A stretch of DNA of 63,959 nt, counting the filler, from Octopus bimaculoides (Eukaryota), in assembly GCF_001194135.2 (NCBI RefSeq). It is 4 parts of 4 records of this genome, joined end to end, with 100 filler letters (N's around TTAATTAATTAA, not from the genome) between each part and the next. Parts side by side here need not be neighbours in the genome. Positions count along the whole stretch, not along the records: positions 25,241 to 45,749 come from NC_068983.1; 3 more parts are not named here. One strand, 5' to 3'. The translations under genes and the position numbers were made by a program. Each line of letters begins with the position of its first letter. Positions within the stretch are counted from its first letter, which is position 1. Positions 25,197 through 37,943 of the stretch are shown here, piece by piece. The notes beneath the pieces were generated by a model. The model had not been told where the DNA came from, made no database searches, and saw nothing but the letters and a program-made list of their open reading frames with translations.

Positions 25197-25585
25197 NNNN
25201 NNNNNNNNNNNNNNNNNNNNNNNNNNNNNNNNNNNNNNNNTATATATATAATAAAGTAAAGTTGTGGAATACCGTACGAGTGGAAATATATATGAAAGAA
25301 GGTTTGAAAATGCACTTATTTTAAAGATATTTATTTACTTAACCGGTTTCACTTTTTTAGAAAAAGATCTGTGTGTGTATGTATGTGTGCATCTGTTTGT
25401 ATGCGTGGGATTTTCCCTATTTATTCGTCTTTGGTCAGTGGTGTTGTCTGAGCATTGGTNNNNNNNNNNGGGATAATAAAATCCAGTGAAAATACTGGTT
25501 AGTTACCTATTCAAAAAGTGTTGAATATTACAATATTCAACTGTAAGATAAACACACAAACCGTGGTTTATATATATTTCAAAAA

Positions 25586-25890
25586 GATAAGAAAATAGAG
25601 AGATAATTAATAATCATTTATGAATTAAAAAAATTAGATATCATTTCTGACAGCTGTTTCGATTCCAGACATTTAGAAATTAATTACCATAATTAAAACC
25701 ATTTAAACGTCGAATCTCATCAGAGCTGGCTAAATATATACAATTAGGTGTTCAAATTATTCCTGCTTCTTTAGTATACAGCCCCAAACCGTTAGCGGTT
25801 AAAGGTCTGGAATCGAAACAGCTGTCAGAGATGATGTTTAATTTATCAATTCATAACTAATTACTAATTATCTCTCTCTATTTTCTTATC
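25586..25890. mobile_element. Penelope-like terminal remnant with inverted arms
   Basis: Arms 25586-25670 and 25805-25890 are imperfect reverse complements and carry a GAAACAGCTGTC hammerhead half-motif. Confidence 0.55.
25645..25730 (-). ncRNA. Minimal type-I hammerhead ribozyme motif (possibly degenerate)
   Basis: The minus strand reads CUGAUGA-GAUUC...GAAUC-GAAA-CAGCUG-UC: intact core, 5-bp stem II, palindromic stem III (ACAGCUGU) and a GUC triplet. Stem I has only ~2 bp. Confidence 0.55.
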
Positions 25891-25914
25891 TTCTTAATAT
25901 ATATGTATTAAAAT

Positions 25915-26180
25915 GGTCCAAAATGATCCAAACAGAAAAATCCAACGGGTTGAGATCGGGGCACCTAAAGGGCCATACATCCTTGCCTTTGAACGACGGA
26001 ATGTTTTTCTGAATCCAGTGTTGTGTTTGTTTGGAGCTGTGGGACGGTGCCAAGTCCTGTTGGTGGCTCCAAGTTGAGCCTTGAAAGTGCTCATTCGCCC
26101 ATAGAAGCAGTTCAAAATCTAAAATGTCGCTAATGTATGGCTGGGTGCCCGAAGGCACAAAAACGAGGGGAAACCTTTTA
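25915..26180 (-). mobile_element. Tc1/mariner transposase catalytic fragment (maT/DD37D-like)
   Basis: HQQDLAPSHSSKQTQHWIQKNIPSF...WPFRCPDLNPLDFSVW. Confidence 0.75.
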
Positions 26181-26371
26181 GTGTGGATTCCGGGTTAGCT
26201 ACAATTCTTCCCGGCAGGTTAGACCAGCCAAAATTGATATGCCCGAGTGCCTCATATGCCCGTGTCCCTTGTATACCCGTACCCCTTATATACTCGAAAA
26301 TGCAGTATATAGATATGTGGGGATATACTTACGCTCAGGTTATGAGTGTACATTATTTTTCTATGTATGTC

Positions 26372-26525
26372 GCTACGTTCTGAGTTCAAATTCCGTCGAG
26401 GTTGATTTTGCCTTTCATCCTTTAGGGGTCGATAAAATAAGTATCAGTTGAAAACTGGGCTCCATGTAATCGACTCAGCCTCTCCCCTAAAATTACTATC
26501 CTTGTGGCAAAATTTGAAACCATTA
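26372..26525 (+). mobile_element. SINE family A, 5'-truncated
   Basis: CGTTCTGAGTTCAAATTCCGTCGAGG...GGGGTCGATAAAATAAGTA...CAAAATTTGAAAC. Confidence 0.7.
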
Positions 26526-27633
26526 TTTTCTCTGTATGTATTTGTCAAAATGATGTATGTACATATGTTTTTGTGTGTGTATCATTGTTTCAGAAAACTC
26601 AAATGGAACATCTAGAGAATAAAATGTTTTAGAACTCTGCAATGTATAGTTAATCGATCAGATTTAGAGGATGCGAGGCAGTTTGGTTTGCTTTTTCTTT
26701 CCATCGTTCTCAGAATACTTCTAGTATTTCAAATGCATTATGAAAATCTGTTGTTTATATTGTTCACTGCGTTTACAGTAGTGCATGCACATGAGAATCT
26801 TTAACAAGGGCACAACATCTGAGAATTACTTAGTTCACAATAAATGTACTCCTTCCGACAATGTAAGCCGTGACATTCACAGCCGCTGGACATTTGACCT
26901 CTACAGTAGAGCACTACTTTCTTATGTGCTCCACCAGTATTGCTTAGTGTTAAAGGTGTGAATACATATTGATTCTTGAGTGCCTTTGACGACAATTCTT
27001 CTTGCATAAAGCACTGTACGTATGTACGTATGTATGTATGTATGTACTTACGTAGGTATGCACGTATATTTGTATGTATGTTATTCAGTTTTATCTCAAG
27101 ATTACCTGCCAATAGAGAAAGAGCCAGTTTCTAACCTAGATCCAAGGCTCCTGCGTTGGAATTTCAACATTAACAGGGCATTTTTGTATGTATGTATATG
27201 CACACATTTTTATGTTTTCTTTTATGTATGTCTTCTCATGCATATACTTGCATATCTAGACATGCACATATGTACTTAAATAATAAACTTCCAGAAAGTT
27301 TTACAGTCTTATGATTTTATCAGCCTCATTCATGTATGCAAACTTGGTTAAGGGATGCACTACTACACATGATGGTTAAAAGATATTACTGAAATGATTT
27401 GATATGACATTCAAAGGCATTTCGGACCGATATCAAGCCTCTGCCGCCTTGTTTTCGGTTTAGGTAGAGGCGGTTTACGTCACTGTTTTTTGTGAAAATT
27501 ATGTATGCTTGTTAGTATTTTCCTGATTTTCGCATCAATGGCTCGCCTCTCATCAAGCATCCACATGTTGGTATGAGTACTGGCACTGCAAACACACTGT
27601 GGGCCTCTGTTGTATGTATGTATGTATGTATGC

Positions 27634-27682
<49 letters not shown>

Positions 27683-28632
27683 AGTAAGATACTTAGTCTA
27701 CATTGAAAATGTTTGTTACTCATGCCGATATCAATATAGTGAGCCAATGACTGACCGATTCCAAACCTGTTACCACAACCCTATTGTACACCAGTTGCCG
27801 TATGAAATAAATAAATAAATAAATAAATAAATTATTCTGTCAAGAATCGAAACTGGAATATATTTTCTCAAACTCACGCTAACTACGACCTTAGTCTCCA
27901 CCACCATCGCCACCACGTACACACTTCGAGCAATCAGAACACAGCATGCATAATCTAGTTATAACTTGCTAGTTTCTTTCGACAACGAAAGAGAGAAAGT
28001 GTGAAGTTGTGGCGTGTATACATTGCAAAAGAACATTAACGATTACACGTAGATTGAAATGGTTTCCGCCAGGAATCGTTCCACAATAAATACCAAGAGA
28101 TTACTTCCTGTTATACGGTGCATACTACACCTAATAATAATTTTATATTAGTGGACATGAGCTATAAAGAATCCGCTAAAAATCCTGTCAAAACAGCTGC
28201 TGCAGTCTTTTGTGTTTTCAATGTAACATAATTACGCGTGCGTTCTACCCATACAGGCGGGCATACACACGCACTCACCGACTTATTATGCATCGCAGGC
28301 GCATAAGCTGAAAGACTCTCGTAGACACTTAGGCGAACAACAAACAACGCAAGCATGCTGTGTACGTAGATAATCACTTGCAGGCATGCACATATACCGA
28401 TCCTTAGCAGCCTACTGCTCAAACTAATGCATATACACATACACACACGTAAACGCACACTCGCATTCATAAACAGGAGCGCGCGAGCACATACACGTAT
28501 AGGTACAATGCAGAAATACTATATATATTATATATATATATATATATGCATGTTCATATCTATCTATCTATCTATCTATACAACGAGTGAGAGAGGGGGA
28601 GAATAAGGAATATATGCGTATATGTGTGTGCT

Positions 28633-28667
<35 letters not shown>

Positions 28668-29187
28668 NNNNNNNNNNNNNNNNNNNNNNNNNNNNNNNNN
28701 NNNNNNNNNNNNNNNNNNNNNNNNNNNNNNNNNNNNNNNNNNNNNNNNNNNNNNNNNNNNNNNNNNNNNNNNNNNNNNNNNNNNNNNNNNNNNNNNNNNN
28801 NNNNNNNNNNNNNNNNNNNNNNNNNNNNNNNNNNNNNNNNNNNNNNNNNNNNNNNNNNNNNNNNNNNNNNNNNNNNNNNNNNNNNNNNNNNNNNNNNNNN
28901 NNNNNNNNNNNNNNNNNNNNNNNNNNNNNNNNNNNNNNNNNNNCATATAAATATAAGGTAAACAATTTCTGATACGTTGAATTTTAACCTTGTTGTGCGA
29001 AGTAGTTTCACCACAGGTTTTATCACTCCGTCAACAAAGCAGTCGACTACTAGTTTCTAGTTTTGTTACAACTTCAGTGAGGGAGAGAATACTTATCTTC
29101 TGTGCACGGAGAGTTAAGTACTCCATAGGTATTTGTAGTGAATTTAAATTAGGTTTCAAACAAAAATGAAAAAAAATAAAATAATAA

Positions 29188-29435
29188 ATGCGCCCTTTTA
29201 AAGCCTAGCCAGGCTCATGGGCCCGGTTTCCCGGTTTCAATGGCATATGTGTTCCCCAGCTGGACAGGACGCCAGTCCATCGCAACGTTACTAATTTTTG
29301 CCAGCTGAGTGGACTGGAGAAACGTGAAATGAAGTGTATTATTCAAGAACACAATACGTCGCCCGGTCCAGGAATCGAAACCACAATCTTATGATCATGA
29401 TGTTGACACCCTAACCACTAAGCCACGCGCCTCCA
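29188..29435 (-). mobile_element. SINE family D (tRNA-derived); a second partial copy lies at 61640-61750
   Basis: Minus strand: TGGAGGCGCGTGGCTTAGTGG (A box)...GGTTTCGATTCC (B box)...CCAGTCCACTCAGCTG...GCGATGGACTGGCGTCCTGTCCAG. Confidence 0.75.
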
Positions 29436-29689
29436 TGATTAAAAAAAACCAATCGGTATAATGTGCATAACGTTACATGAGCTGAAAAGGTTGGTTAATT
29501 CATGTAGTTTTGTTGTTAGTAACAGAAGCAGTTTTAGTTCTGTATAGTTTGCTGTATGATTTTGTTAACTTGGATATACTGTCATCATCATTATCAAGCT
29601 TGTCGAGCATTTATAACCCGTGCTCGCCACGCATGTCGGTTCCGCATTAGCTGAGTGAGTTCTTCGTTTGTAGATCATCTTTGTGAGAT

Positions 29690-30115
29690 GATCTACAAAC
29701 GTCGTGTTCGGACGACCTGCTCGTGTACGGCTATATTTGGCATCAATAGCAGTAGGTCAAAAATTTATCATTCACTCCTATTCGACAGGATACAACCAGA
29801 AATTGAGAAAGTTTTGAGAAGAAATCAAAATGGCTTCAGAAAAAAATAAATTCTCGGACAAACACTTACCGTTTCTCGTCTACTGGAAAGGGTAAAGACC
29901 GGCCATCTTCAAGCAGTGTTACTGATTGTTGATTTCTCAAAGGCTTTTGTTTCCATCTACCATAATAAAATGGGAGAAATACTACTGGCCTATGGTATCC
30001 TTGAGGAAACAGTAGCACCAACTATTAAGTTTATAACAACACTAAATCAATGGTAAGGTCCCCAAGTTTCTTTGACAAATAAGCTGGAGTGCTCGAGGAG
30101 GTCACACTAAGGATA
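29690..30115 (+). mobile_element. Decayed RTE-X LINE RT fragment
   Basis: SKIYHSLLFDRIQPEIEKVLRRNQNGFRK...LLIVDFSKAF...ILLAYGI. Confidence 0.8.
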
Positions 30116-30571
30116 ATCTGTAGAAAGCCACAGAACTGCGATATTCGTCTTGAGACAGTATCTCGTACAGACGTATAATACTAGAAAGCATAGAAGTATC
30201 GGTAACAAAAGAAAAGTATCCTGTAGCGGCAGTGGCATTGTTAAATCTAAATTTCAGCTTATTTGCATATCATCAGTAGTAAATATCCACTAGCACCAGC
30301 ATACTTAGGCAAATTTAGCGTCTGTTTATATAGAAAGAACACTGATTAACAAATCATTGGTTGCCGCAAATACCCGACGGGGAAGGTAACAGCTCGTTAT
30401 TTGTGACAGAAGTCATATTTGCTTCAAATAACATTCTGCATATTTAAATTTATGTGGATACAACATAGAAAGCGAGAAAAAAAAAGCGGTGGTATTCGTC
30501 TCGAGACAGCATCTTGTGTAGGCGTATAGCGCTAAGAAAAGAGAGAGAGACTGGCAGAGAAAGGCAGAGAC

Positions 30572-30602
<31 letters not shown>

Positions 30603-31079
30603 TGAGAAAGAGAGTAGCGTCTGATAGCTATTTAAAGTGCTTACACATTAGGTCCCAATGAAAAGTGTTAGTCTAATTTGCATAACACTAACCTACTTTA
30701 GCATTTTAGGATAACATTTTGGGTTCATTCAAAAAATGCATCATTGTATTATAAATTATCTAAAAACGCACTGTGTTGCTCTCTAAAACTCAAAAGAGTT
30801 AACATAATTTTTACGCACAACACAACACAAAACGCGTACACGTAAGCAATTTCACACGCTTATGCTTACTAAAATTTGTTGTATAATGAGTAAACATTTG
30901 CATGCATTTATGCTCACGCGTATGTACATGCGTTACGTCATATGTGTATAGAATATAACATTACATACATATATATGAATATATTATATTAATACGATGC
31001 ACACATACACACAACACACACGCAGATATGCACACAGCTGTACAAACTTTTGAAGTTTCAGGTAGAATCTCTATTCTAT

Positions 31080-31504
<425 letters not shown>

Positions 31505-31859
31505 GTGTATGTGAGATTAAGAGAAAGAGACGGAAAGATGAAGGAAGAAAGAGTCAAATTGATGAGAAAGTGTAAGTGGAGTGAATTCATTGATCACATA
31601 GCTGTATTCTCGTGGGTACTGATAAATATCTCAACATTGCAAAACCCAATAAACCTGTCCTCGGTGTTCAATACAATCAGTTGGAAAGTGCAGCTTATAC
31701 ACTGTTTGTCGTTGTATCCCAAACTGCTGTGTAACCAGCTACATCGTTAGGAATTTTATGCAAACTGTGTTACCCAGTATATTCTCTTTCTCTCTCTCTT
31801 TCTCTGTCTGCCTGTCTCTCTCTGTATCTCTCCACACACACACACACATATATATTATA

Positions 31860-32730
31860 TACGAGTGGGTATCCAAAAGAAACCGGAATTTCGCAACGTT
31901 TCTTTATTCACATGATTTTACATGTTCACTCTTTTATCACCTTCAAAGCATTCTCCATTTGAAGCAATGCATCGGTTCAGACACGTTTTCCACTGTTCGA
32001 AGCAGTGATGCTTTCAACGCCTCCGTCGTTTTTTTTCTTCACCTCTTCTACATCGGCAAATTCCGTAGCACCAACTTCACCAGTGATGACCTTGGAAAAA
32101 AGGCCCGGATCAACTTCCAACTGCACTTCAGTTCACGAAACAGATTCATTCGTGACTGCTTTTGATCTTCCGGAAGCAAGTCCAGCACAAATTTTGCTGC
32201 AACTCTTTTCATTCGCAATTCCTCGCTCAAAATTCGTTGGCAGGAGTTCCAGGACACACCAGTCATATCAACCAGTTAGTCAATTGTTCGGTGACGATCC
32301 TACAAGATCAGTTGAATTTTCATGATGTTTTCAATCCTATTCGTTCGGGAGGTCAATCTTCAAGCGACAAGTGACCATTCCTAAAGTGTGAAGACAGCTC
32401 GCAAATTTGTGTTTTTGCTCATAGCAGCATCCTTGTAAGTTGTTTGAAGCATGGCACCTGTTTCAGCCGCTGTTTTTCCCAGCAGGAAACAGACTTTCAC
32501 GGAAGCATGCTGTTCCTTCGTTTCAGCCATTGCAAGACCCGACGAATAGTGGAGAAACTCTGCAAAACAAAGACGCACCACGTGACAGTATGACTACACC
32601 CGATCCCGCCGTTCGGCATACTAATGCCTGAGGGTCACATCATCAAGAGGTTCTTTGCAGCGGAAGCCCGAACTACAATGGGCGTGTCTCATTGCGAACG
32701 TTTCCGGTTACTTTTGGGTACACCCTCGTA
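31860..32730 (-). mobile_element. Internally deleted mariner
   Basis: TIRs TACGAG(T/G)G(G/T)GTA(T/C)CCAAAAG(A/T)AACCGGAA with TA flanks. Encodes an HTH region (VKVCFLLGKTAAET; CQRILSEELRMKRVAAKFV), then jumps from KVITG to FADVEEVKKK, deleting the catalytic core. Confidence 0.88.
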
Positions 32731-33803
32731 CATATACATGTGTGTGTGTATGTGTGTGTATGTGTGCGCGCGCGCGGATATATATTAATATATATATTAA
32801 CACACACACGCATATTGTAAGCATTTAGTCCTTTTGTTTAAGCGTGTATTGGATGTTCTAAAAATAGTTCAAAACTAACTTTATAATCCCACTCGTCAAG
32901 GGAGCAGTTTTATATGTATGAACTAGAATTCTGTCTTTTCTCTTTAGGTCTTTGGTGATAGAATTTAATTTCTTTAGACGGCATATATATATATATATAT
33001 ATANNNNNNNNNNNNNNNNNNNNNNNNNNNNNNNNNNNNNNNNNNNNNNNNNNNNNNNNNNNNNNNNNNNNNNNNNNNNNNNNNNNNNNNNNNNNNNNNN
33101 NNNNNNNNNNNNNNNNNNNNNNNNNNNNNNNNNNNNNNNNNNNNNNNNNNNNNNNNNNNNNNNNNNNNNNNNNNNNNNNNNNNNNNNNNNNNNNNNNNNN
33201 NNNNNNNNNNNNNNNNNNNNNNNNNNNNNNNNNNNNNNNNNNNNNNNNNNNNNNNNNNNNNNNNNNNNNNNNNNNTATATACATACACACAAAACGATGT
33301 ATCGTTCACGACAACCCTGCCTTTTTGTATTTTTAAGACTAAGTTTTCCTTTATGTCCTTTATTTTCTTTTAGTTACAGTATGTTGCGTTTGCTAACATT
33401 CCAGATATATTCAATTGTTCTTTTTATACTTATGGTAAGTTTGTCCGATTTGTCTTGCCTTTTTATCACTATATTTTGCGCTTTAAGCGATATCTGCTAG
33501 CTGGTCAAACAATCACGATGATGCTTCCTCATTAGTTGTAGGACATTTATGATGTTAAATTAATTGGTTTTTAATCTCAGATCAGTGCTGATCCAGCGGA
33601 TTTATGATCAGATGATTCCAGTCGTGATCATACGTATTTGAAAGCATCTAGGGGAAGATTATCTATTTGTCAGTCAGTGAGATTTGATTTAAGGTGTTGA
33701 GGCTGCTATTCATAACATGATAAGTGACCATATATATAGACTACCTTGTCGTTTTGTTTAAATGATGGTGTTATTGTTGTTGCTTAGCTCTCGACCTTCC
33801 CAG

Positions 33804-33905
33804 ATCGTGCAGTGTTATGACACGCCAGCTATCGAACGAACGACGAAGCACGATTCGCTGTTACCCATACAGCACGCTCCGACATTTAGTGATGAATCGT
33901 ATGAG
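33804..33905 (+). CDS. Candidate orphan internal exon (102 nt), product unknown
   Basis: CTCTCGACCTTCCCAG| acceptor and GAG|GTACAG donor in a GC/CpG-enriched island. Two frames are open: IVQCYDTPAIERTTKHDSLLPIQHAPTFSDESYE (phase 0/0) and SCSVMTRQLSNERRSTIRCYPYSTLRHLVMNRM. No family recognised. Confidence 0.3.
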
Positions 33906-34247
33906 GTACAGTTGACAATAGTTCGGGTATTTTGCATGTTATCCGCTATCAAATCTATTTCTGTACCCCAGTTGATCCTGCTTGTGGTGACAACGAATGC
34001 AAGCAAGGTGAATTCTGTTAGAGTTCAAGAGTTGCTATTACTCTGCTCCTAGTGTTAATTCTGTACAACCTAGCACAGTCTTTGAGGATGCAAAAAGATT
34101 TGATTACACATCTTTCCAACAGGCGATTAAAGAAATACCAGTTCAATGCTAGGGGAGGGGCACTTTAAAGTGCCTGTGTCTATGTGGGAAACCATTATTT
34201 CCGCTAGAAACAGCAGTGCAGAGCAGTAGATTAAATACTTTGCGGGA

Positions 34248-34474
34248 TTAACTCTTTAACATTTGAACCGGCCATATCCGGCCCAAATATTTTACTTGCT
34301 TTATTTTCAAACCAGCCAGGTCTGGATTCTCACACCTACCTTACAATGTCATACTAAAAATATGCAATCATATCATCAAAATTTCAAAACTTGAGGTAAT
34401 GCATGATTAATTCAAAGCAATGTGAATGAAAAAGCATTACTTTGGACAGAATAATCTGGATGCTAAAGCGTTAA
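34248..34474. mobile_element. piggyBac-like MITE
   Basis: TTAA|CTCTTTAACAT ... ATGCTAAAGCG|TTAA: imperfect TIRs with a TTAA target duplication. Confidence 0.65.
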
Positions 34475-34983
34475 GTCAGATGATTTCGTGATTTTGTTTT
34501 CAAAATGGAATCTACTGGATTCTCTTCTACCGTTCCATCCTTATGGCGTCGATAAAATAAATACCAGAAATTGACTGAAATCGTACTACAATGCATGACT
34601 TTGTATTAAGAATCATTATTCCTGAAATTGGTGGAAACGACAGACTATCGCAAGCTAACGATATACTCTCTTGTCAGCATTACTGTTAATGGCCTTAGCA
34701 CAGCTAGGTTGGGTCAGTCGGAGGTGACAACGGAATGACACTGTCTACTTTAAGGTGTCAAAATCAACGTGATCTTCTGTTGACCACAAATGATGCTAAC
34801 ATCACGAAAAGGAAAATTCTTTGACGGATATTATCCTTTCTCTCTTCAAATCTTTCTTTTTTTTTGTTGCTGTTTCTCTTTTGGATAATATATATTATAT
34901 GGTATGTTTATATATATATATATATATNNNNNNNNNNNNNNNNNNNNNNNNNNNNNNNNNNNNNNNNNNNNNNNNNNNNNNNN

Positions 34984-35062
<79 letters not shown>

Positions 35063-35263
35063 TTATGTGTGCATGTGGGGGGCATGTATGTGTATATGTG
35101 TATGTGTGCGTGTATAAATATGTACATATATAAAAATATATATAGACGTATATATACATGTATGTAGATATGTATGCATGCAAACAAATACTTCAGTATG
35201 CATATATGCATGCATGCAGACATACGTTCATATACACATATGTACGTATGTATGTATGTATGC

Positions 35264-35313
<50 letters not shown>

Positions 35314-35624
35314 ATATATATATATGAATAAATGTATGTGTATGCCTATATACAAATGTGTATATATATATATATATATATATATGCGCATACATATGTA
35401 TTCATGTGTGTATGAGTCACATTTATTCTGAGCCTGATTCATATATTTATTCATATACATATACACATGTATATTAAGTATATTAACCCTACCCGTCTGC
35501 TTACCTTCTCGATATGTGCCTACTCGTATAATCTTATACACTCACGCTCTCTCTCCCCCTCTCTCATTTCTCTTTCTCCATTCCTCTCTCTCTCATATAC
35601 AAACACACACACATATATCTTTTA

Positions 35625-35804
35625 TCGTTTACTTGTTTCAGTGACTAGTCTGCGGCTATGCTGGGGCACCATCTTCAAGGAGTTGTAAATCGAATGAATC
35701 AACCCCAGTACTTATTCTCTTTTAAAGCCTGGTAATTATTATATTTTGCCGAACCGTTAAGGTACGGGAACGTAAACACACCAACACCGGTTGTCATGCA
35801 GTGG

Positions 35805-35810
<6 letters not shown>
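35625..35810 (-). mobile_element. SINE family B 3' part
   Basis: TTACTTGTTTCAGT...GCGGCTATGCTGGGGCACC...GGGAACGTAAACACACCAACACCGGTTGTCA. Confidence 0.7.
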
Positions 35811-35898
<88 letters not shown>

Positions 35899-36641
35899 CC
35901 TTTATATATATATACACATATATATATGCACACGCGTTTATATATATGTGTGTGTGCATGTGCGCCTATATATACGTGTGTGTATATGTATGTATTTATG
36001 TATTTATGTATGTATGTATATTTATTTGTATGCTTGTATGTATGTATCTCTTTTAGAATGCAAAGTAAGTATTTCTAGGAAGGGTTGCAAAGTTAAGAAC
36101 ATACGCAAATAGATATATCAAACCTAAGGGAGGATAGATATTTGATTTATCGATACCTGCCTATATTACATAAAATTATACAGTATGTTTTGTGTCATAA
36201 AATATTGCAGGACTCACTGGTTAAATGACGTCTTTAAAATTCCATACCTGATCCGATTCGTGTGTTCCATTGTGTTGCACATTGTAGAAAACATCCTGTC
36301 CAGTGATCTTCTTCTTCTTCTTCTTCTTCTTCTTCTTCTTCTTCTTCTTCTTCTTCTTCTTCTTCTTCTTCTTCTTCTTCTTCTTCTTCTTCTTCTTCTT
36401 CNNNNNNNNNNNNNNNNNNNNNNNNNNNNNNNNNNNNNNNNNNNNNNNNNNNNNNNNNNNNNNNNNNNNNNNNNNNNNNNNNNNNNNNNNNNNNNNNNNN
36501 NNNNNNNNNNNNNNNNNNNNNNNNNNNNNNNNNNNNNNNNNNNNNNNNNNNNNNNNNNNNNNNNNNNNNNNNNNNNNNNNNNNNNNNNNNNNNNNNNNNN
36601 NNNNNNNNNNNNNNNNNNNNNNNNNNNNNNNNNNNNNNNNN

Positions 36642-37102
36642 CAGCTGTATAAGACCCCTACCACTTTCTGTGCGTTGTATATATAGCCTTTCTATGTCAG
36701 ATTTTGGGTGGTGCATCCTATATCCTGTCATTATTTTTCTTGTTTTCCTGTCTATTTTAGATAGTTCGTTTAGTGTCGAGTTAAGGATATTGTAGCTCTA
36801 ACTTATAACTGGGACGGCTAAAGTGTTAATACCTATTATCTTGTTTTTAGCATTGAGCTCTGTTTTTAGTATTGATCTAACTCGTCTATAGTACTCTTTC
36901 TTTATTTTTTCTTTCATTTGTGTGTGTTGTATCCTATCTAGTTCATTGGGTCCTAAATATTTGTATGGCTGACTTTCGTCTAGTTCTCTTATTTCATTGG
37001 CTTTATCTGGTGTGATGTTGCTACTCTTAACAAATTTTCCTCTTTTCAGGGTTGCTTTGGCACATTTTTTTAATCCGAATTTCATATCTATTTCCTTGGT
37101 AA

Positions 37103-37105
<3 letters not shown>
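36642..37105 (-). mobile_element. R4/Dong-clade LINE RT/thumb fragment, 5'-truncated
   Basis: MKFGLKKCAKATLKRGK...YKYLG...KKEYYRRVRSILKTELNAKNKIIGINTLAVPVIS...IDRKTRKIMTGYRMHHPKSDIERLYIQRTESGRGLIQL. The 5' junction is (TAA)n on the element strand. Confidence 0.88.
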
Positions 37106-37175
<70 letters not shown>

Positions 37176-37378
37176 GAAGGCGGTGAGCTGGCAGAACCGT
37201 TAGCACGTTCGGCAAAAGTGCTGAGCGGCATTTCGTCCGTTTTTACGTTCTTAGTTCAAATTGCGTCGAGGTCGACTTTGCCTTTTATCCTTTTGGGGTC
37301 GATAAAATAACTACTAGTTGAGTACTGAGGTCCATATAACCTTTCGAAATTGCTGACCTTGTACTTTTAGTAGAAAAG

Positions 37379-37437
<59 letters not shown>

Positions 37438-37765
37438 GGCAGAATCGTTGGCAGAATCGTTAGCAGCATTTCGTCCGCCCTTACGTTCTGAGTTCAAATC
37501 CCGCGAAGCTCGACTTTGCCTTTTATCCTTTCGAGGTCGATAAAATTAGTACCAGCTGAGCATTGGAGTCAATGTAATCGACTATCCCTCTCCCCACCAA
37601 ATTAGGCATTTCGTCCGTCTTTACGTTCTGAGTTCAAATCTCGCCGATGTCGACTTTGACTTTTGACCTTTCGAGGTCGATAATTCAAAGTACCAGTAAG
37701 ACACTCAGGTTGATGTAGTCGACTAGTGCCCTCCCCGCTCCCAAATTAGTAGAAAGGATTATTAT
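37176..37765 (+). mobile_element. Tandem stack of three SINE family A copies
   Basis: Cores at ~37176-37380, 37437-37600 and 37606-37765, with (ATT)n tails. Confidence 0.8.
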
Positions 37766-37894
37766 TATTATATACTTTCTTTCTTTTCTTTTTTTCATTA
37801 TATGTAAACCACCACACTTTATGTCTGTCTCTGTATTGTCTCTCTCATCCCTCACCGTTGTGGCAAATAAATGAAATCATCATCATCATCATCA

Positions 37895-37943
<49 letters not shown>

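Noticed and set aside
26801-27112. Cys-rich minus-strand ORF (CRGQMSSGCECHGLHC...)
   Set aside because: It starts in a microsatellite, lacks convincing splice sites and matches no Cys-spacing family I recognise.
28276-28330. Minus-strand exon candidate ending in a GTGAGT donor
   Set aside because: Ambiguous acceptor, no recognisable peptide and no partner exons on that strand.
33972-34007. 36-nt microexon candidate (DPACGDNECKQ)
   Set aside because: It has AG/GT boundaries but a weak context and no corroborating homology. Such matches are expected by chance.
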